A stretch of 32,000 nt of DNA from positions 357,240 through 389,239 of the forward strand of contig NZ_CP144210.1 in the NCBI RefSeq assembly GCF_045689905.1. Reading direction: 5' to 3'. This document shows, piece after piece, positions 1-8,448 of the stretch; the stretch's first letter is position 1, and each line of letters begins with the position of its first letter. Made by a program: the position numbers and the translations under genes. The notes below the pieces were generated by a model. It was not told where the DNA came from, did not search any database, and saw nothing but the letters and a program-made list of their open reading frames with translations. Source of the stretch: Pengzhenrongella phosphoraccumulans. Lineage in GTDB: Bacteria; Actinomycetota; Actinomycetes; Actinomycetales; Cellulomonadaceae.

Positions 1-179
1 GGGCGCACCCAAGGTGGGCTGGTGCTGGGCGGGCAACCGTCACACGTGGCTCGGGTTCGCCTCCGCCCGGGCGCGCACCGCCTGACCGTGATCCGGCCCG
101 CGTCCGTCCACGCCCGACGCGTTAGCCTTCCCTCAGGGCTGGCCAGCGCCCAGCCGTACGACGCCCGGGGAGCCAGATC

Positions 180-551
180 ATGACGCAGCACCGGATCTTC
201 ACCACCAGCTTCGCCAGCATCTACCCGCTCTACGTGCTCAAGGCACAGCGGAAGAACCGCAGCGCGGCTGAGGTCGACCAGGTCATCTCCTGGCTCACCG
301 GCTACGACGCGGCGGGCCTGCAGCGAACCATCGCCGACGGGGTCGACCTGGAGACCTTTTTCGCCCAGGCTCCTCGGCTCAACCCGCGTGCCGCCCTGAT
401 CACCGGCGTGATCTGCGGGTACCGCGTCGAGGAGATCGAGGATCCGCTGATGCAGAAGATCCGCTACCTGGACAAGCTCGTCGACGAACTGGCCAGGGGC
501 AAGAAGATGACGTCGATCCTGCGGGAGGACGACACCCAGCGCGTGACGTGA
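180..551 (+). CDS. DUF2200 family protein (function unknown)
   Basis: 123-aa ORF with GGGGAG just upstream of ATG 180. Sequence stretches (SFASIYPLYV, EVDQVISWLTGY, ITGVICGYRVEEIEDPLMQKIRYLDKLVDELA) match my recollection of the DUF2200 family. Confidence 0.65.
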   Translation: MTQHRIFTTSFASIYPLYVLKAQRKNRSAAEVDQVISWLTGYDAAGLQRTIADGVDLETFFAQAPRLNPRAALITGVICGYRVEEIEDPLMQKIRYLDKLVDELARGKKMTSILREDDTQRVT

Positions 552-591
552 AGCGGCACGCCGCCGATCCGGCAGCGCGGTCGCAGCCTCT

Positions 592-1026
592 TCAGTCGAG
601 GCAGAACTCGTTGCCTTCGATGTCCTGCATCACGAGGCAGGACTCGTTGACGCCGTCGGCCAGCATCAGTCGCACGCGTGCCGCGCCGAGCGCGAGCAAT
701 CGTGCGCATTCGGCCTCGAGCGCGGCCAGTCGCTCCTCGCCCACCAGTCCGGTGCCGACCCGGACGTCGAGGTGCACCCGGTTCTTAACGACCTTGCCTT
801 CGGGAACGCGCTGGAAGAACAGCCGCGGGCCCACACCCGTGGGATCGACGCACGCGAACGCCGAACCTTGACGCTCCGGCGGCAGCGCGCGATCGAACTC
901 GTCCCAGGTGGCAAACCCCGGGGGTGGTGGCGGTACGACGTACCCCAGCACCTCGCACCAGAATCGGGCGACGCGCTCAGGTACCGCGCAGTCAAAGGTG
1001 ACCTGGATCTGCCTGACCGATGCCAT
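592..1026 (-). CDS. VOC / glyoxalase-like domain protein
   Basis: 144-aa ORF. Pattern (VTFDCAVPERVARFWCEVLGY ... VHLDVRV ... VMQDIEGNEFCLD) is typical of actinobacterial glyoxalase-like VOC proteins. Convergent with the DUF2200 gene. Confidence 0.65.
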   Translation of the reverse strand: MASVRQIQVTFDCAVPERVARFWCEVLGYVVPPPPPGFATWDEFDRALPPERQGSAFACVDPTGVGPRLFFQRVPEGKVVKNRVHLDVRVGTGLVGEERLAALEAECARLLALGAARVRLMLADGVNESCLVMQDIEGNEFCLD

Positions 1027-1161
1027 CGGGCCACCCTAGATGTCCGGGTGAATGTGGGCCACCGGCGGGGCTCCGCTGGTAACCGGGAGCCCGCAGGGAC
1101 AGGCTGGAGCGACGCCGACCGATCGAGGCGCCGACGAGCGGAACCAACGATTGAGGACGCT

Positions 1162-2091
1162 ATGAGCTCGCCCAGGGACATCGAGCACCTTCAGGTCGAC
1201 GTCGAGGACAACCTGCGGGAGTACATCGACCGCCTGATCGCCGAGGGGTACTCGGTGGCGGGCGGCCAGGGCGCGGACCCGTTGCTCATCGACCCGGGTG
1301 GCAAGGCGGTGGAGACCTGGCGCGAGGACTACCCGTACGACGAGCCGCTCGATCGGGACCTCTACGAGGAGCAGAAGTACCTCCTGCAGATCGAGCTGCT
1401 CAAGCTCCAGTACTGGGCGGAAGATCACGGCGAGCGCCACATCATCGTGTTCGAGGGGCGCGACGCCGCCGGCAAGGGCGGCACGATCAAGCGCTTCATG
1501 GAGCACCTCAACCCCCGGGCCGCGCGTGTGGTCGCATTGACCAAGCCCACCACCACCGAGGCCGGCCAGTGGTACTTCCAGCGCTACGTGCAGAACTTCC
1601 CCACGTCGGGCGAGATCGTGCTGTTCGACCGGTCCTGGTACAACCGGGCCGGGGTGGAGCGCGTGATGGGCTTCTGCACCGACGAGCAGTACGAGGTCTT
1701 CATGAAGCAGACGCCGGAGTTCGAGCGGCTGATCGTCGACGCCGGCATCCACCTGACGAAGTTCTGGTTCTCCGTGACCCGCCGCGAGCAACGCACCCGG
1801 TTCGCCATCCGCCAGATCGACCCCGTGCGTCGCTGGAAGCTGTCCCCGATGGATCTGGAGTCGCTGGGCCGGTGGGACGCCTACACCGACGCGAAGCGGG
1901 AGATGATCGCGGGCACCGACACCGACTACGCTCCCTGGATCACGATCCGCAGTAACGACAAGAAGCGGGCGCGGCTCGACGCGATGCGCTACTTCCTGAG
2001 CCAGTTCGACTACGAGGGCAAGGACCACGCGACCGTCGCCGCGCCGGACCCGCTGATCGTGATGCGCGCCCGCGACGCCGTCGGCGACTGA
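1162..2091 (+). CDS. ppk2: polyphosphate kinase 2 (PPK2)
   Basis: In-frame ATG at 1162 preceded by GAGGAC. Walker-A-like FEGRDAAGKGGTIKR, then FDRSWYNRAGVERVMGF and RWKLSPMD motifs characteristic of PPK2. The ORF-track extension back to 772 overlaps the VOC gene antisense and is not used. Confidence 0.9.
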   Translation: MSSPRDIEHLQVDVEDNLREYIDRLIAEGYSVAGGQGADPLLIDPGGKAVETWREDYPYDEPLDRDLYEEQKYLLQIELLKLQYWAEDHGERHIIVFEGRDAAGKGGTIKRFMEHLNPRAARVVALTKPTTTEAGQWYFQRYVQNFPTSGEIVLFDRSWYNRAGVERVMGFCTDEQYEVFMKQTPEFERLIVDAGIHLTKFWFSVTRREQRTRFAIRQIDPVRRWKLSPMDLESLGRWDAYTDAKREMIAGTDTDYAPWITIRSNDKKRARLDAMRYFLSQFDYEGKDHATVAAPDPLIVMRARDAVGD

Positions 2092-2106
2092 TTCCGCTCG
2101 ACCTCG

Positions 2107-2667
2107 CTAGTCCTCGATGACGTCGAGCCCCTGCTCCCGGAGCTGGGCGAGATGGTCGAGCATTCCTTTGAGCACCTCGGGGGCGTGGCCCTGCCACGTC
2201 TCCAGCTCGGCGACGACGCGAAGCGGGTGGCGCGTCCGGTAGGACTGCGTGGGGTTGCCGGGGAACCGCTTGTTGGTCACGTTCGGGTCGTCCTCGAACG
2301 GCCCCAGGGGCTCGACGACGTAGATGTGCCCCCGCTCCGCTGTGCCAGCCTGCGCGGTCGCCAGCTCCGCCGTGCCAGCCTGCGCGGTCGCCAGCTCCGC
2401 CGTGCCAGCCAGCGCGGTCGCCAGCTCCGCTCCCCAGGCGGCCGTGTCCACGAGCGCCGTGAAGTAGATGTTGTGGGACACCCGGCCCGCCTGGAAGTTG
2501 GAGCCGAAGCCGGGGACGAGCTCGGTACCGACCGCGAGCGCCGACTTCGTGCCATGGAAGAACGGGCCCTCGACGTGGGCGCAGCTGTCGTAGGTGACCG
2601 GCTGGGAGGCCGACTGCTCGTCCTGCCAGGCGGCCGGGCGCTTCGTTCCGAAGGCTTCGGATGACAT
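2107..2667 (-). CDS. arr: NAD+-rifampin ADP-ribosyltransferase (Arr family) with internal repeat expansion
   Basis: 186-aa ORF with Arr hallmarks: GPFFHGTK, HNIYFTAL, AAWGAELA, YVVEPLGPFEDDPNVTNKRFPGNPTQSYRTRHPLRVV, C-terminal VIED. Nearly collinear with Arr-2/Arr-ms as I remember them, except for the repeat insertion. Confidence 0.9.
   Translation of the reverse strand: MSSEAFGTKRPAAWQDEQSASQPVTYDSCAHVEGPFFHGTKSALAVGTELVPGFGSNFQAGRVSHNIYFTALVDTAAWGAELATALAGTAELATAQAGTAELATAQAGTAERGHIYVVEPLGPFEDDPNVTNKRFPGNPTQSYRTRHPLRVVAELETWQGHAPEVLKGMLDHLAQLREQGLDVIED
2341..2430. repeat. 3 x 30-bp head-to-tail tandem repeat inside arr
   Basis: Units are 2341-2370, 2371-2400 and 2401-2430 (consensus cgtgccagcctgcgcggtcgccagctccgc). 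Unit 1 differs from the consensus at 1 base, unit 2 matches it, and unit 3 differs at 1 base. On the minus strand they encode AELATALAGT / AELATAQAGT / AELATAQAGT in frame. Confidence 0.95.
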
Positions 2668-2718
2668 GGCGTGATCGTAGTGACCACCTCCACCCTCCGC
2701 TGCCCCACCGGTGCTCGA

Positions 2719-3873
2719 TCAGGGACGCGGTGGTCCACCGGCCGCAGGCAGCGTGATCCGGAACACCGCACCGGAACCGACCCCGCTCGTGGCGGTGAGC
2801 GTCCCCCCGTGCGCCTCGACGATCGCGCGGGCGATCGTCAGACCGATCCCGCTCCCCGCCGACGTGCGGGTCCGGGACGCGTCGGTGCGGTAGAACCGTT
2901 CGAAGATCCGCTCGGCGTCCGCCGGGTCGAAGCCCTCGCCGGAGTCGATCACCTCGAGCACGGCGGTCGCCGGTGGCGTCTCGCCCTCGCCTGCCCGCAC
3001 GACGACGCGCACCTCGCCACCGGCGGCGGTATGCCGCAGCGCGTTGTCGAGGAGATTCGCCACGACCTCGGCGAGCCGCTCCGGGTCGACCCGCACGAGC
3101 GGAGCCTCGTCGTCGATCTCGACCTCGAGGCGCACGTGCGCCGCCGCGAACCGGGCACCCGCCGCACCCACCGCCCCCGTTGCCAGGCCGGCCGCGGGCA
3201 GCACCCGCGGGCGCAGGTCGAGCTGGCGCTCCTCGGCGCGCGACACCGCCGCCATGTCGGCGACGAGGTGCTGCAGGCGGGTCGTCTGCTCGCTCAAGGT
3301 GGCCAGCGTGGCGCCGTCGGCGGGCAGGACGCCGTCAACCACGGCCTCGACGGTGGCCTCGAGCGACGCCAGCGGCGTGCGCAGCTCGTGCGCGAGGTCG
3401 CCGATGAGGCGCCGCCGGGTGGTCTCCGTCTCGGCCAGCCGTCCGGCCATCGCGTTGAACGCGTCGGCGAGCTGGACGAACTCCGGTCCGATGGCCGGGA
3501 CCTCGACCCGGGCCTGGAGGTCACCCGCCGCGATGCCCTCGGCGGCGGCGGCGACCGCGGCGACCGACCGGCCCAGGCGCTGCGCCACGACCCACGTGAT
3601 CGCGAACGCCGTGATCAGCGCGACGGGCAGCGCCACCGCGAGCGCGACCAGGACAGCGTTCGCGAAGGCGTCGTCGATGTGGGCCTGCAGCCCGGGCTCG
3701 ATCGCCCCGCCGGGCACGTCGAGCAGGTGCGAGTGGAAGATCTGCGGCGCGATCGCCAGCGCGACGCCGAGCAGGGTCAGCGCGCCCGCGAGCACGACCA
3801 GCCCGAGCGCGACCATGAGGCGCCAGGCGAACCCGAGCGGGGCCCGCGGCAGGCGTGCCCGCGCGCCGGTCAT
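2719..3873 (-). CDS. two-component sensor histidine kinase (2 TM, HAMP, HisKA, HATPase_c)
   Basis: ATG at 3873 overlaps the regulator stop (ATGA). Two TM helices flank a short His-containing loop (QIFHSHLLDVPGG..QAHIDD). H-box is LAHELRTPLASL and G-box is GSGIGLTIARAIVEAHGG. The 640-aa ORF-track version is an artefactual upstream extension. Confidence 0.9.
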   Translation of the reverse strand: MTGARARLPRAPLGFAWRLMVALGLVVLAGALTLLGVALAIAPQIFHSHLLDVPGGAIEPGLQAHIDDAFANAVLVALAVALPVALITAFAITWVVAQRLGRSVAAVAAAAEGIAAGDLQARVEVPAIGPEFVQLADAFNAMAGRLAETETTRRRLIGDLAHELRTPLASLEATVEAVVDGVLPADGATLATLSEQTTRLQHLVADMAAVSRAEERQLDLRPRVLPAAGLATGAVGAAGARFAAAHVRLEVEIDDEAPLVRVDPERLAEVVANLLDNALRHTAAGGEVRVVVRAGEGETPPATAVLEVIDSGEGFDPADAERIFERFYRTDASRTRTSAGSGIGLTIARAIVEAHGGTLTATSGVGSGAVFRITLPAAGGPPRP

Positions 3874-4586
3874 CCCGGACCGATGCGGTAGCCGACGCCA
3901 CGGACGGTGCGGATGTAGCGCGGCGCCGCGACGTCGTCGTCCAGTTTGTGTCGCACGTGCCCGATGTGGATGTCGACGAGCCGCTCGTCGCCGACCCAGC
4001 CCGGGCCCCAGACGCGCTCGATGAGCTGGGTGCGGGTGAACGCGGTGCGGGGTCTCGACGACAGGGCGTCGAGCAGGTCGAACTCCGTGCGGGTCAGGTC
4101 GACCAGCTGCCCGTCGAGCCGCACCTCGCGCGCCTCGGGGTCGATCGAGACCGCGCCCACCCGGCGCACGGTCGTCGCCCCCGCGGGTTCGACCCCCGTG
4201 CGCGGCCGGCGCAGCAGGCTGCGGATCCGCGCGACGAGCACGCGCGACGAGAACGGCTTGGTCAGGTAGTCGTCCGCGCCCACCGACAGCCCGATGAGGG
4301 TGTCGATCTCGTCCACCCGGGCCGTGAGCATGATCACGTAGGCGTCGCTGAACGTGCGCAGCTGCCGACACACCTCGATCCCGTCGATCCCGGGCATCAT
4401 CACATCGAGGACGACGACGTCCGGTGCACTCGCGCGCGCCGAGGCGAGGGCCGAGGCGCCGTCGGCCGCGGCCACCACCTCGAAGCCCTCGCGTTCGAGA
4501 TAGGCCGCGACGACCCGGACCAGCGCCGGCTCGTCGTCGACGACGAGGGCGCGGATGCGTTGCTCGGTACTCAGGGGTTCTCCCAC
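3870..4586 (-). CDS. OmpR-family response regulator
   Basis: Receiver motifs (RALVVDDEP, VVLDVMMPGIDG, DDYLTKPF) plus a winged-helix C-terminus (TRTEFDLL, VRGVGYRI). Start taken as GTG 4586, which is uncertain. Confidence 0.88.
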   Translation of the reverse strand: MGEPLSTEQRIRALVVDDEPALVRVVAAYLEREGFEVVAAADGASALASARASAPDVVVLDVMMPGIDGIEVCRQLRTFSDAYVIMLTARVDEIDTLIGLSVGADDYLTKPFSSRVLVARIRSLLRRPRTGVEPAGATTVRRVGAVSIDPEAREVRLDGQLVDLTRTEFDLLDALSSRPRTAFTRTQLIERVWGPGWVGDERLVDIHIGHVRHKLDDDVAAPRYIRTVRGVGYRIGPG

Positions 4587-4933
4587 CCACGCATGTGGTC
4601 TCGGCGATCAGTCCGCGGCCCGGGCCGCTCCGTGCGGTCACCGTCGCCCATCATCCCCGGACCGCGGTCGCCGCCGCGCCAGAACTGATGGGTGCCGTCG
4701 CCGGGACCCATCCGGTCTGAGTAACCCGACCCAGGACCCACCGCGCCGGTCAGGGCGGCGACGGCGACGAACGAGCCGAGCAGGAGCGCCACGGCGGCGA
4801 CCAGCGCCGTGACCAGCCAGCCGCGGCGATGGTTTCGGGGCTGGGGCGCCACTGGCGGCGGGGTCGGAGACTGCATGGTCGGGGACTGCGGGTCGGGCGT
4901 GGTTGCAGCCGGTTCCATCGGGGTCGCGGCCAT
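4571..4933 (-). CDS. hypothetical single-pass membrane protein (Pro-rich N-terminus, Gly/Met/Asp/His-rich C-terminus)
   Basis: 120-aa ORF with one clear TM helix (WLVTALVAAVALLLGSFVAVAAL), high GC3, and 1-nt overlap (TGATG) with the upstream SHOCT gene. It overlaps the regulator start by 16 nt. No family recognised. Confidence 0.5.
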   Translation of the reverse strand: MAATPMEPAATTPDPQSPTMQSPTPPPVAPQPRNHRRGWLVTALVAAVALLLGSFVAVAALTGAVGPGSGYSDRMGPGDGTHQFWRGGDRGPGMMGDGDRTERPGPRTDRRDHMRGWENP

Positions 4934-5259
4934 CAGACACCGCCTCGGGCCGCGATCAGGGCCGCACGGTGAGCCTGGTAGGTCTCCAGGTCGATCTCAC
5001 CCTGCGCGAACCTGCGGTCGAGGATCTCCACGGGCGACTCGAGCGCGCCGTGCCCGGGCGCGAGCGGCAGGGCCGACGTCGGCTGCTGCGCCATCGCCGG
5101 GCCGGTCGACCGCCCGTTCGATGGAACGAGGCGGATCACGAGCCAGACGATCGCCGCGATCAGAGCGACCCAGAACAGGACCATGAGGATCCACAGTCCC
5201 CCGCCCATCCCGCCGCCGTACAGCCGCATCATGTCCAGCGGCATCCTGTCCAGCACCAT
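4933..5259 (-). CDS. SHOCT-domain membrane protein
   Basis: ATG at 5259 is preceded by a perfect AAGGAG 6 nt upstream. The ORF-track GTG at 5274 lies inside that RBS region. The Gly-rich N-terminus and TM helix (LWILMVLFWVALIAAIVWLVI) are followed by a C-terminal ILDRRFAQGEIDLETYQAHRAAL that looks like a SHOCT domain. Confidence 0.65.
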   Translation of the reverse strand: MVLDRMPLDMMRLYGGGMGGGLWILMVLFWVALIAAIVWLVIRLVPSNGRSTGPAMAQQPTSALPLAPGHGALESPVEILDRRFAQGEIDLETYQAHRAALIAARGGV

Positions 5260-5413
5260 GTCGATCTCCTTCACTCGTGTGAAACGTCCCGCGGGTGGAC
5301 CGTCCCCACGGGTACTGCGTCCAGCCTTGCGCGCCTCGACGAGGATCGCGACGAGGAAGCATGAAGATCCGACGAAGTTCCACGGTTGACCGGGCCGCCA
5401 CCAGCAGAGCGTA

Positions 5414-5427
5414 TGATGAAATCATCA
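5414..5427. promoter_or_regulatory. palindrome TGATGA-AA-TCATCA in an AT-rich patch upstream of arsR (candidate operator/promoter)
   Basis: Perfect 6-bp inverted arms sit within 5411-5450, the only clearly AT-rich segment in this region. It lies about 60-75 nt upstream of ATG 5488, in the divergent intergenic region. Confidence 0.35.
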
Positions 5428-5487
5428 ACTGATTAATTCAAGAACTTTGAGTCCTCCTGGACCCGACGCAGAAGGACGAACCCCGCC

Positions 5488-5835
5488 ATGCCGGAACCGA
5501 TCGACAGGCTGAAGGCCGAGTTCTTCAAGACGCTCGGGCACCCTGCCCGGATCCGCATCCTCGAGCTGCTCTCGACCGGCGAACGGTCGGTCGGCGAGCT
5601 GATGCCCGAGCTCGGTCTCGAGGCCTCCCACCTGTCCCAGCAGCTCGCGGTGCTGCGCCGGGCCGGCGTCGTCGTGGCCCGCAAGCAGGGCAACACCGTG
5701 ATCTATTCGATGGCCTCCGCGGACATCGCCGCACTGCTGCAGCTCGCCAGGAAGGTGCTGACGGGTCTGCTCGCCGAGCAGATGGACCACCTGTCCGACA
5801 TCCAGGCGACCGGGCAACCGGCCGCCAGCAGCTGA
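5488..5835 (+). CDS. ArsR/SmtB-family transcriptional regulator (Cys-free)
   Basis: RBS GAAGGA before ATG 5488. Typical wHTH (LGHPARIRILELL...RSVGEL...LSQQLAVLRRAGVV). The protein contains no cysteine. Positioned like Rv0081 in front of the hyc-like operon. Confidence 0.9.
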   Translation: MPEPIDRLKAEFFKTLGHPARIRILELLSTGERSVGELMPELGLEASHLSQQLAVLRRAGVVVARKQGNTVIYSMASADIAALLQLARKVLTGLLAEQMDHLSDIQATGQPAASS

Positions 5836-5968
5836 GTCCGGCGCCACTGCGCACGGCCCGCACCACCGCGCACGACCCGCACCATCCACACGATCGGCCC
5901 CACCCTTGCGGGCGAACTGGGCCCGCACCTCGCACCCGAAGAGCACGTCGCAGACGAAAGAGGCACTC

Positions 5969-6448
5969 ATGACCTGGATCGGCAAGATCCGCCGAGTCGG
6001 GCGCGTCGTCGAACCCGCGAACGACGCCCCCGCGGACACGATCACGCCGCCGACCGGGGTGACCGGGTCGCTCCAGCTGCGGCACGTCGACGCCGGGTCG
6101 TGCAACGGGTGCGAGCTCGAGATCACGGGCGCCTTCTCCCCCGTGTACGACGCCGAGCGGTTCGGGGCACGGCTGATCGCCTCCCCGCGCCACGCCGACG
6201 GCATCCTCGCGACCGGGGTCGTGACCCACAACATGCTCCAGCCGTTGCTCAACACCCTGGATTCCGTGCCCGAGCCGCGCGTCGTGATCGCCGTCGGGGA
6301 CTGCGCGTGCAACGGCGGGGTGTTCCGCAAGGGCTACGGCGTCGTCGGCTCCGTCGCGGACGTGGTGGACGTCGACGTGCAGGTTCCGGGTTGCCCGCCC
6401 ACGCCCGACCAGATCGTCGCCGCCCTACGGACGGTGACCGGCCGGTGA
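5969..6448 (+). CDS. NuoB/HycG-like Fe-S small subunit of a group-4-hydrogenase-related complex
   Basis: ATG 5969 follows GAAAGAGG. The [4Fe-4S] Cys pattern is retained: GSCNGCE, GDCACNGG, GCPP. The 159-aa size matches the Rv0082-type protein as I recall it. Confidence 0.88.
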   Translation: MTWIGKIRRVGRVVEPANDAPADTITPPTGVTGSLQLRHVDAGSCNGCELEITGAFSPVYDAERFGARLIASPRHADGILATGVVTHNMLQPLLNTLDSVPEPRVVIAVGDCACNGGVFRKGYGVVGSVADVVDVDVQVPGCPPTPDQIVAALRTVTGR

Positions 6449-8448
6449 GCACCACCCTGCACCTGCCCGCGCCCGTCGAGGAGCTCGGCGAAGGGCCCCG
6501 CACGGCCCGCCGCGCCCGCGAGGCCCTGCTGTCGGGTGCCGTGACGACATTCCTTGGCGCCGCCGGCCTGGTCCTCGGCCTGACTGTGATCTTCGGACCC
6601 ACCCGGCACCTGCGCATCGCGTGGCTCCTCCCGCTCGTCGGGGTCCGGTTCGACCTCGACCCGCTCAGCGGGATCTTCGTCGCCGCGACCGGCGCCGTGG
6701 CGATCGCCGTCGGGATCTACGCCATCGGCTACGCCCAACGCGAGCACTGGGCGCGGTTCCCGATGGTGGTGCTGCCGCTGTTCGTGGGCGGCATGCTGCT
6801 CGTCCCGGCAGCGGGATCGGTCACGACGTTCCTGCTCGCCTGGGAGCTGATGGCCGCAGCGTCGCTCGTCCTGGTGCTCACCGAGCACCAGCGCGGGGCC
6901 GTCCGGTTCGCCGGGGTCTTCTACGCGGTCATGACCCAGCTCGGCTTCGCGATGATCCTGCTCGCGCTCGTGCTCCTGTCGGCGGCTGCCGGGGGTGACG
7001 CGTTCACGATGATCGCGGCCCACGCGGCGGGCATGTCGCCGGGCACCCGCACCGCGGTCTTCCTGCTGACGGTCCTGGGGTTCGGCTCGAAGGCCGGGCT
7101 CCTTCCGCTGCACGCCTGGCTGCCGAAGGCGCACCCCGAGGCCCCGAGCCCGGTCTCGGCGCTGATGAGTGCCGCGATGGTCAACATGGGCATCTACGGC
7201 ATCATCCGCATCGACCTGCAGATCCTCGGGCCGGGCCCGCACTGGTGGGGCCTGACGCTGATGATCCTCGGCGCCGTCTCGGCGGTCTTCGGCGTGCTCC
7301 AAGCCTCGGTGGCCACCGACCTGAAGCGGCTCCTGGCCTACTCGACCACCGAGAACATGGGTCTCGTGACGCTCGCGCTCGGCGCCGCAGCGCTGCTGAG
7401 CGCGTCCGGTGCGCCGGGGGTGGCCACGATCGCCATGACAGCGGCGCTCCTGCACGTGCTCGCGCACGCCGCGTTCAAGACGTTGGCCTTCCTCGCTGCC
7501 GGCTCGGTCCTGGCCCAGACGGGCCTGCGTGACCTCGACAAGCTCGGCGGGCTCGCCCGCCGCATGCCGGTGACCACGGTGATGTTCGGGATCGGCGCGC
7601 TCGGCGCGTCCGGGCTCCCGCTCGGCGCCGGGTTCGTCAGCGAGTGGCTGCTGCTCCAGAGCCTGATCCACTCCCCGCACGACGGCAACACGCTGCTCGC
7701 GCTGGCCATGCCGTTGTCGGTGGGCGCTGTCGCGCTCACCACCGGGCTCGGCATCGCTGCGATGGTCAAGGCGTTCGGGGTCGGCTTCCTGGCCCGACCC
7801 CGGTCGGTCGCCGCCGAGGACGCGCACGAGGCGTCGTCGAGCATGCTCCTCGGGATGGGCGTCGCGGCCACGGCCTGCGCGGTCTTCGCCTTCTCGCCCG
7901 CCCTGCTCGGCCCCGCCCTGGGCCAGGTCCTCGCCGAGCTGCCGAGCATCACCGGCGAGGCGGCCGGCCCGCGGCTGGGCACGTTCCTGCGCCTGCCGGG
8001 CGTCACCGGTTCGATGTCCCCGGCCCTGCTCGCGATCGCCCTCGTGGTCGGCGTGCTTGTCGCACTGGCGCTGTCGCGCTGGGGCGCTCGGCACCGGCCG
8101 GCGCCGCGCGTCGCCCCGCTGTGGGCCTGCGGCGGCGACTCGCTCAGCCCCCGCATGCAGTACACCGCGACCTCGTTCGCCGAACCGCTGCAGCGCGTGT
8201 TCGACAACGTGCTGTCGCCCGATACCGACGTGGAGGTCACTCATTTCGCCGAGTCCCAGTACCTGGTCGAGAAGGTCACGTTCCACACCCGGCTCGCCGA
8301 TCCGGTGGAGCAACGGCTCTACACCCCGGTGGTGCACGCCGTGACGGCGCTGGCCCAGACGATCCGGCGCGCCCACAACGGCAGCGTCCACCTCTACCTC
8401 ACGTACGGCGCCCTCGGGCTGCTCGTCGTGCTGCTGGCCGCGCAGTGA
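6445..8448 (+). CDS. NuoL/HyfB/HycC-like proton-conducting antiporter-type membrane subunit
   Basis: GTG 6445 overlaps the upstream stop (GTGA). Polytopic, with WLPKAHPEAPSPVSALMSA, TENMG and LAYST motifs typical of Mrp/NuoL-type subunits. Confidence 0.85.
   Translation: MSTTLHLPAPVEELGEGPRTARRAREALLSGAVTTFLGAAGLVLGLTVIFGPTRHLRIAWLLPLVGVRFDLDPLSGIFVAATGAVAIAVGIYAIGYAQREHWARFPMVVLPLFVGGMLLVPAAGSVTTFLLAWELMAAASLVLVLTEHQRGAVRFAGVFYAVMTQLGFAMILLALVLLSAAAGGDAFTMIAAHAAGMSPGTRTAVFLLTVLGFGSKAGLLPLHAWLPKAHPEAPSPVSALMSAAMVNMGIYGIIRIDLQILGPGPHWWGLTLMILGAVSAVFGVLQASVATDLKRLLAYSTTENMGLVTLALGAAALLSASGAPGVATIAMTAALLHVLAHAAFKTLAFLAAGSVLAQTGLRDLDKLGGLARRMPVTTVMFGIGALGASGLPLGAGFVSEWLLLQSLIHSPHDGNTLLALAMPLSVGAVALTTGLGIAAMVKAFGVGFLARPRSVAAEDAHEASSSMLLGMGVAATACAVFAFSPALLGPALGQVLAELPSITGEAAGPRLGTFLRLPGVTGSMSPALLAIALVVGVLVALALSRWGARHRPAPRVAPLWACGGDSLSPRMQYTATSFAEPLQRVFDNVLSPDTDVEVTHFAESQYLVEKVTFHTRLADPVEQRLYTPVVHAVTALAQTIRRAHNGSVHLYLTYGALGLLVVLLAAQ

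Noticed and set aside
1-179. Possible gene fragment or regulatory RNA at the left window edge.
   Set aside because: I could recognise no ORF, conserved structure or motif. It is probably just the DUF2200 upstream region or the end of an unseen gene.
772-1161. 130-aa N-terminal extension of PPK2 (the 439-aa ORF).
   Set aside because: It is antisense to the VOC gene and Arg-rich. The PPK2 homology starts after ATG 1162, which has its own RBS.
3874-4641. N-terminal 255-aa extension of the histidine kinase ORF (the 640-aa version).
   Set aside because: The extension is Arg/Gly-rich nonsense overlapping the response-regulator gene in another frame. The ATG at 3873 gives a canonical ATGA-coupled kinase.
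5302-5315. gtccccacgggtac upstream of the SHOCT operon, superficially like the TACCCC-AC-GGGGTA operator.
   Set aside because: It lacks an A in the left arm and a G in the right arm, so the arms are not self-complementary (GTCCCC versus GGGTAC). It is too degenerate to call.
5451-5462. GTCC-TCCT-GGAC upstream of arsR as a DosR box, given that the M. tuberculosis counterpart operon is hypoxia-linked.
   Set aside because: The half-sites are in the inverted order (GTCC..GGAC rather than GGGAC..GTCCC) and shorter, so it does not match the consensus.
6334-8391. 685-aa minus-strand ORF antisense to the HyfB-like gene. Similar long antisense ORFs occur at 1036-2028, 8394-9404, 9582-10658, 11138-12928, 14133-15497 and 27340-29076.
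   Set aside because: Their Arg/Asp/Glu/Gly/Pro-rich, low-complexity translations are typical of stop-codon-poor shadow frames in very GC-rich DNA. The opposite-strand or alternate-frame genes have clear family motifs and TM patterns.
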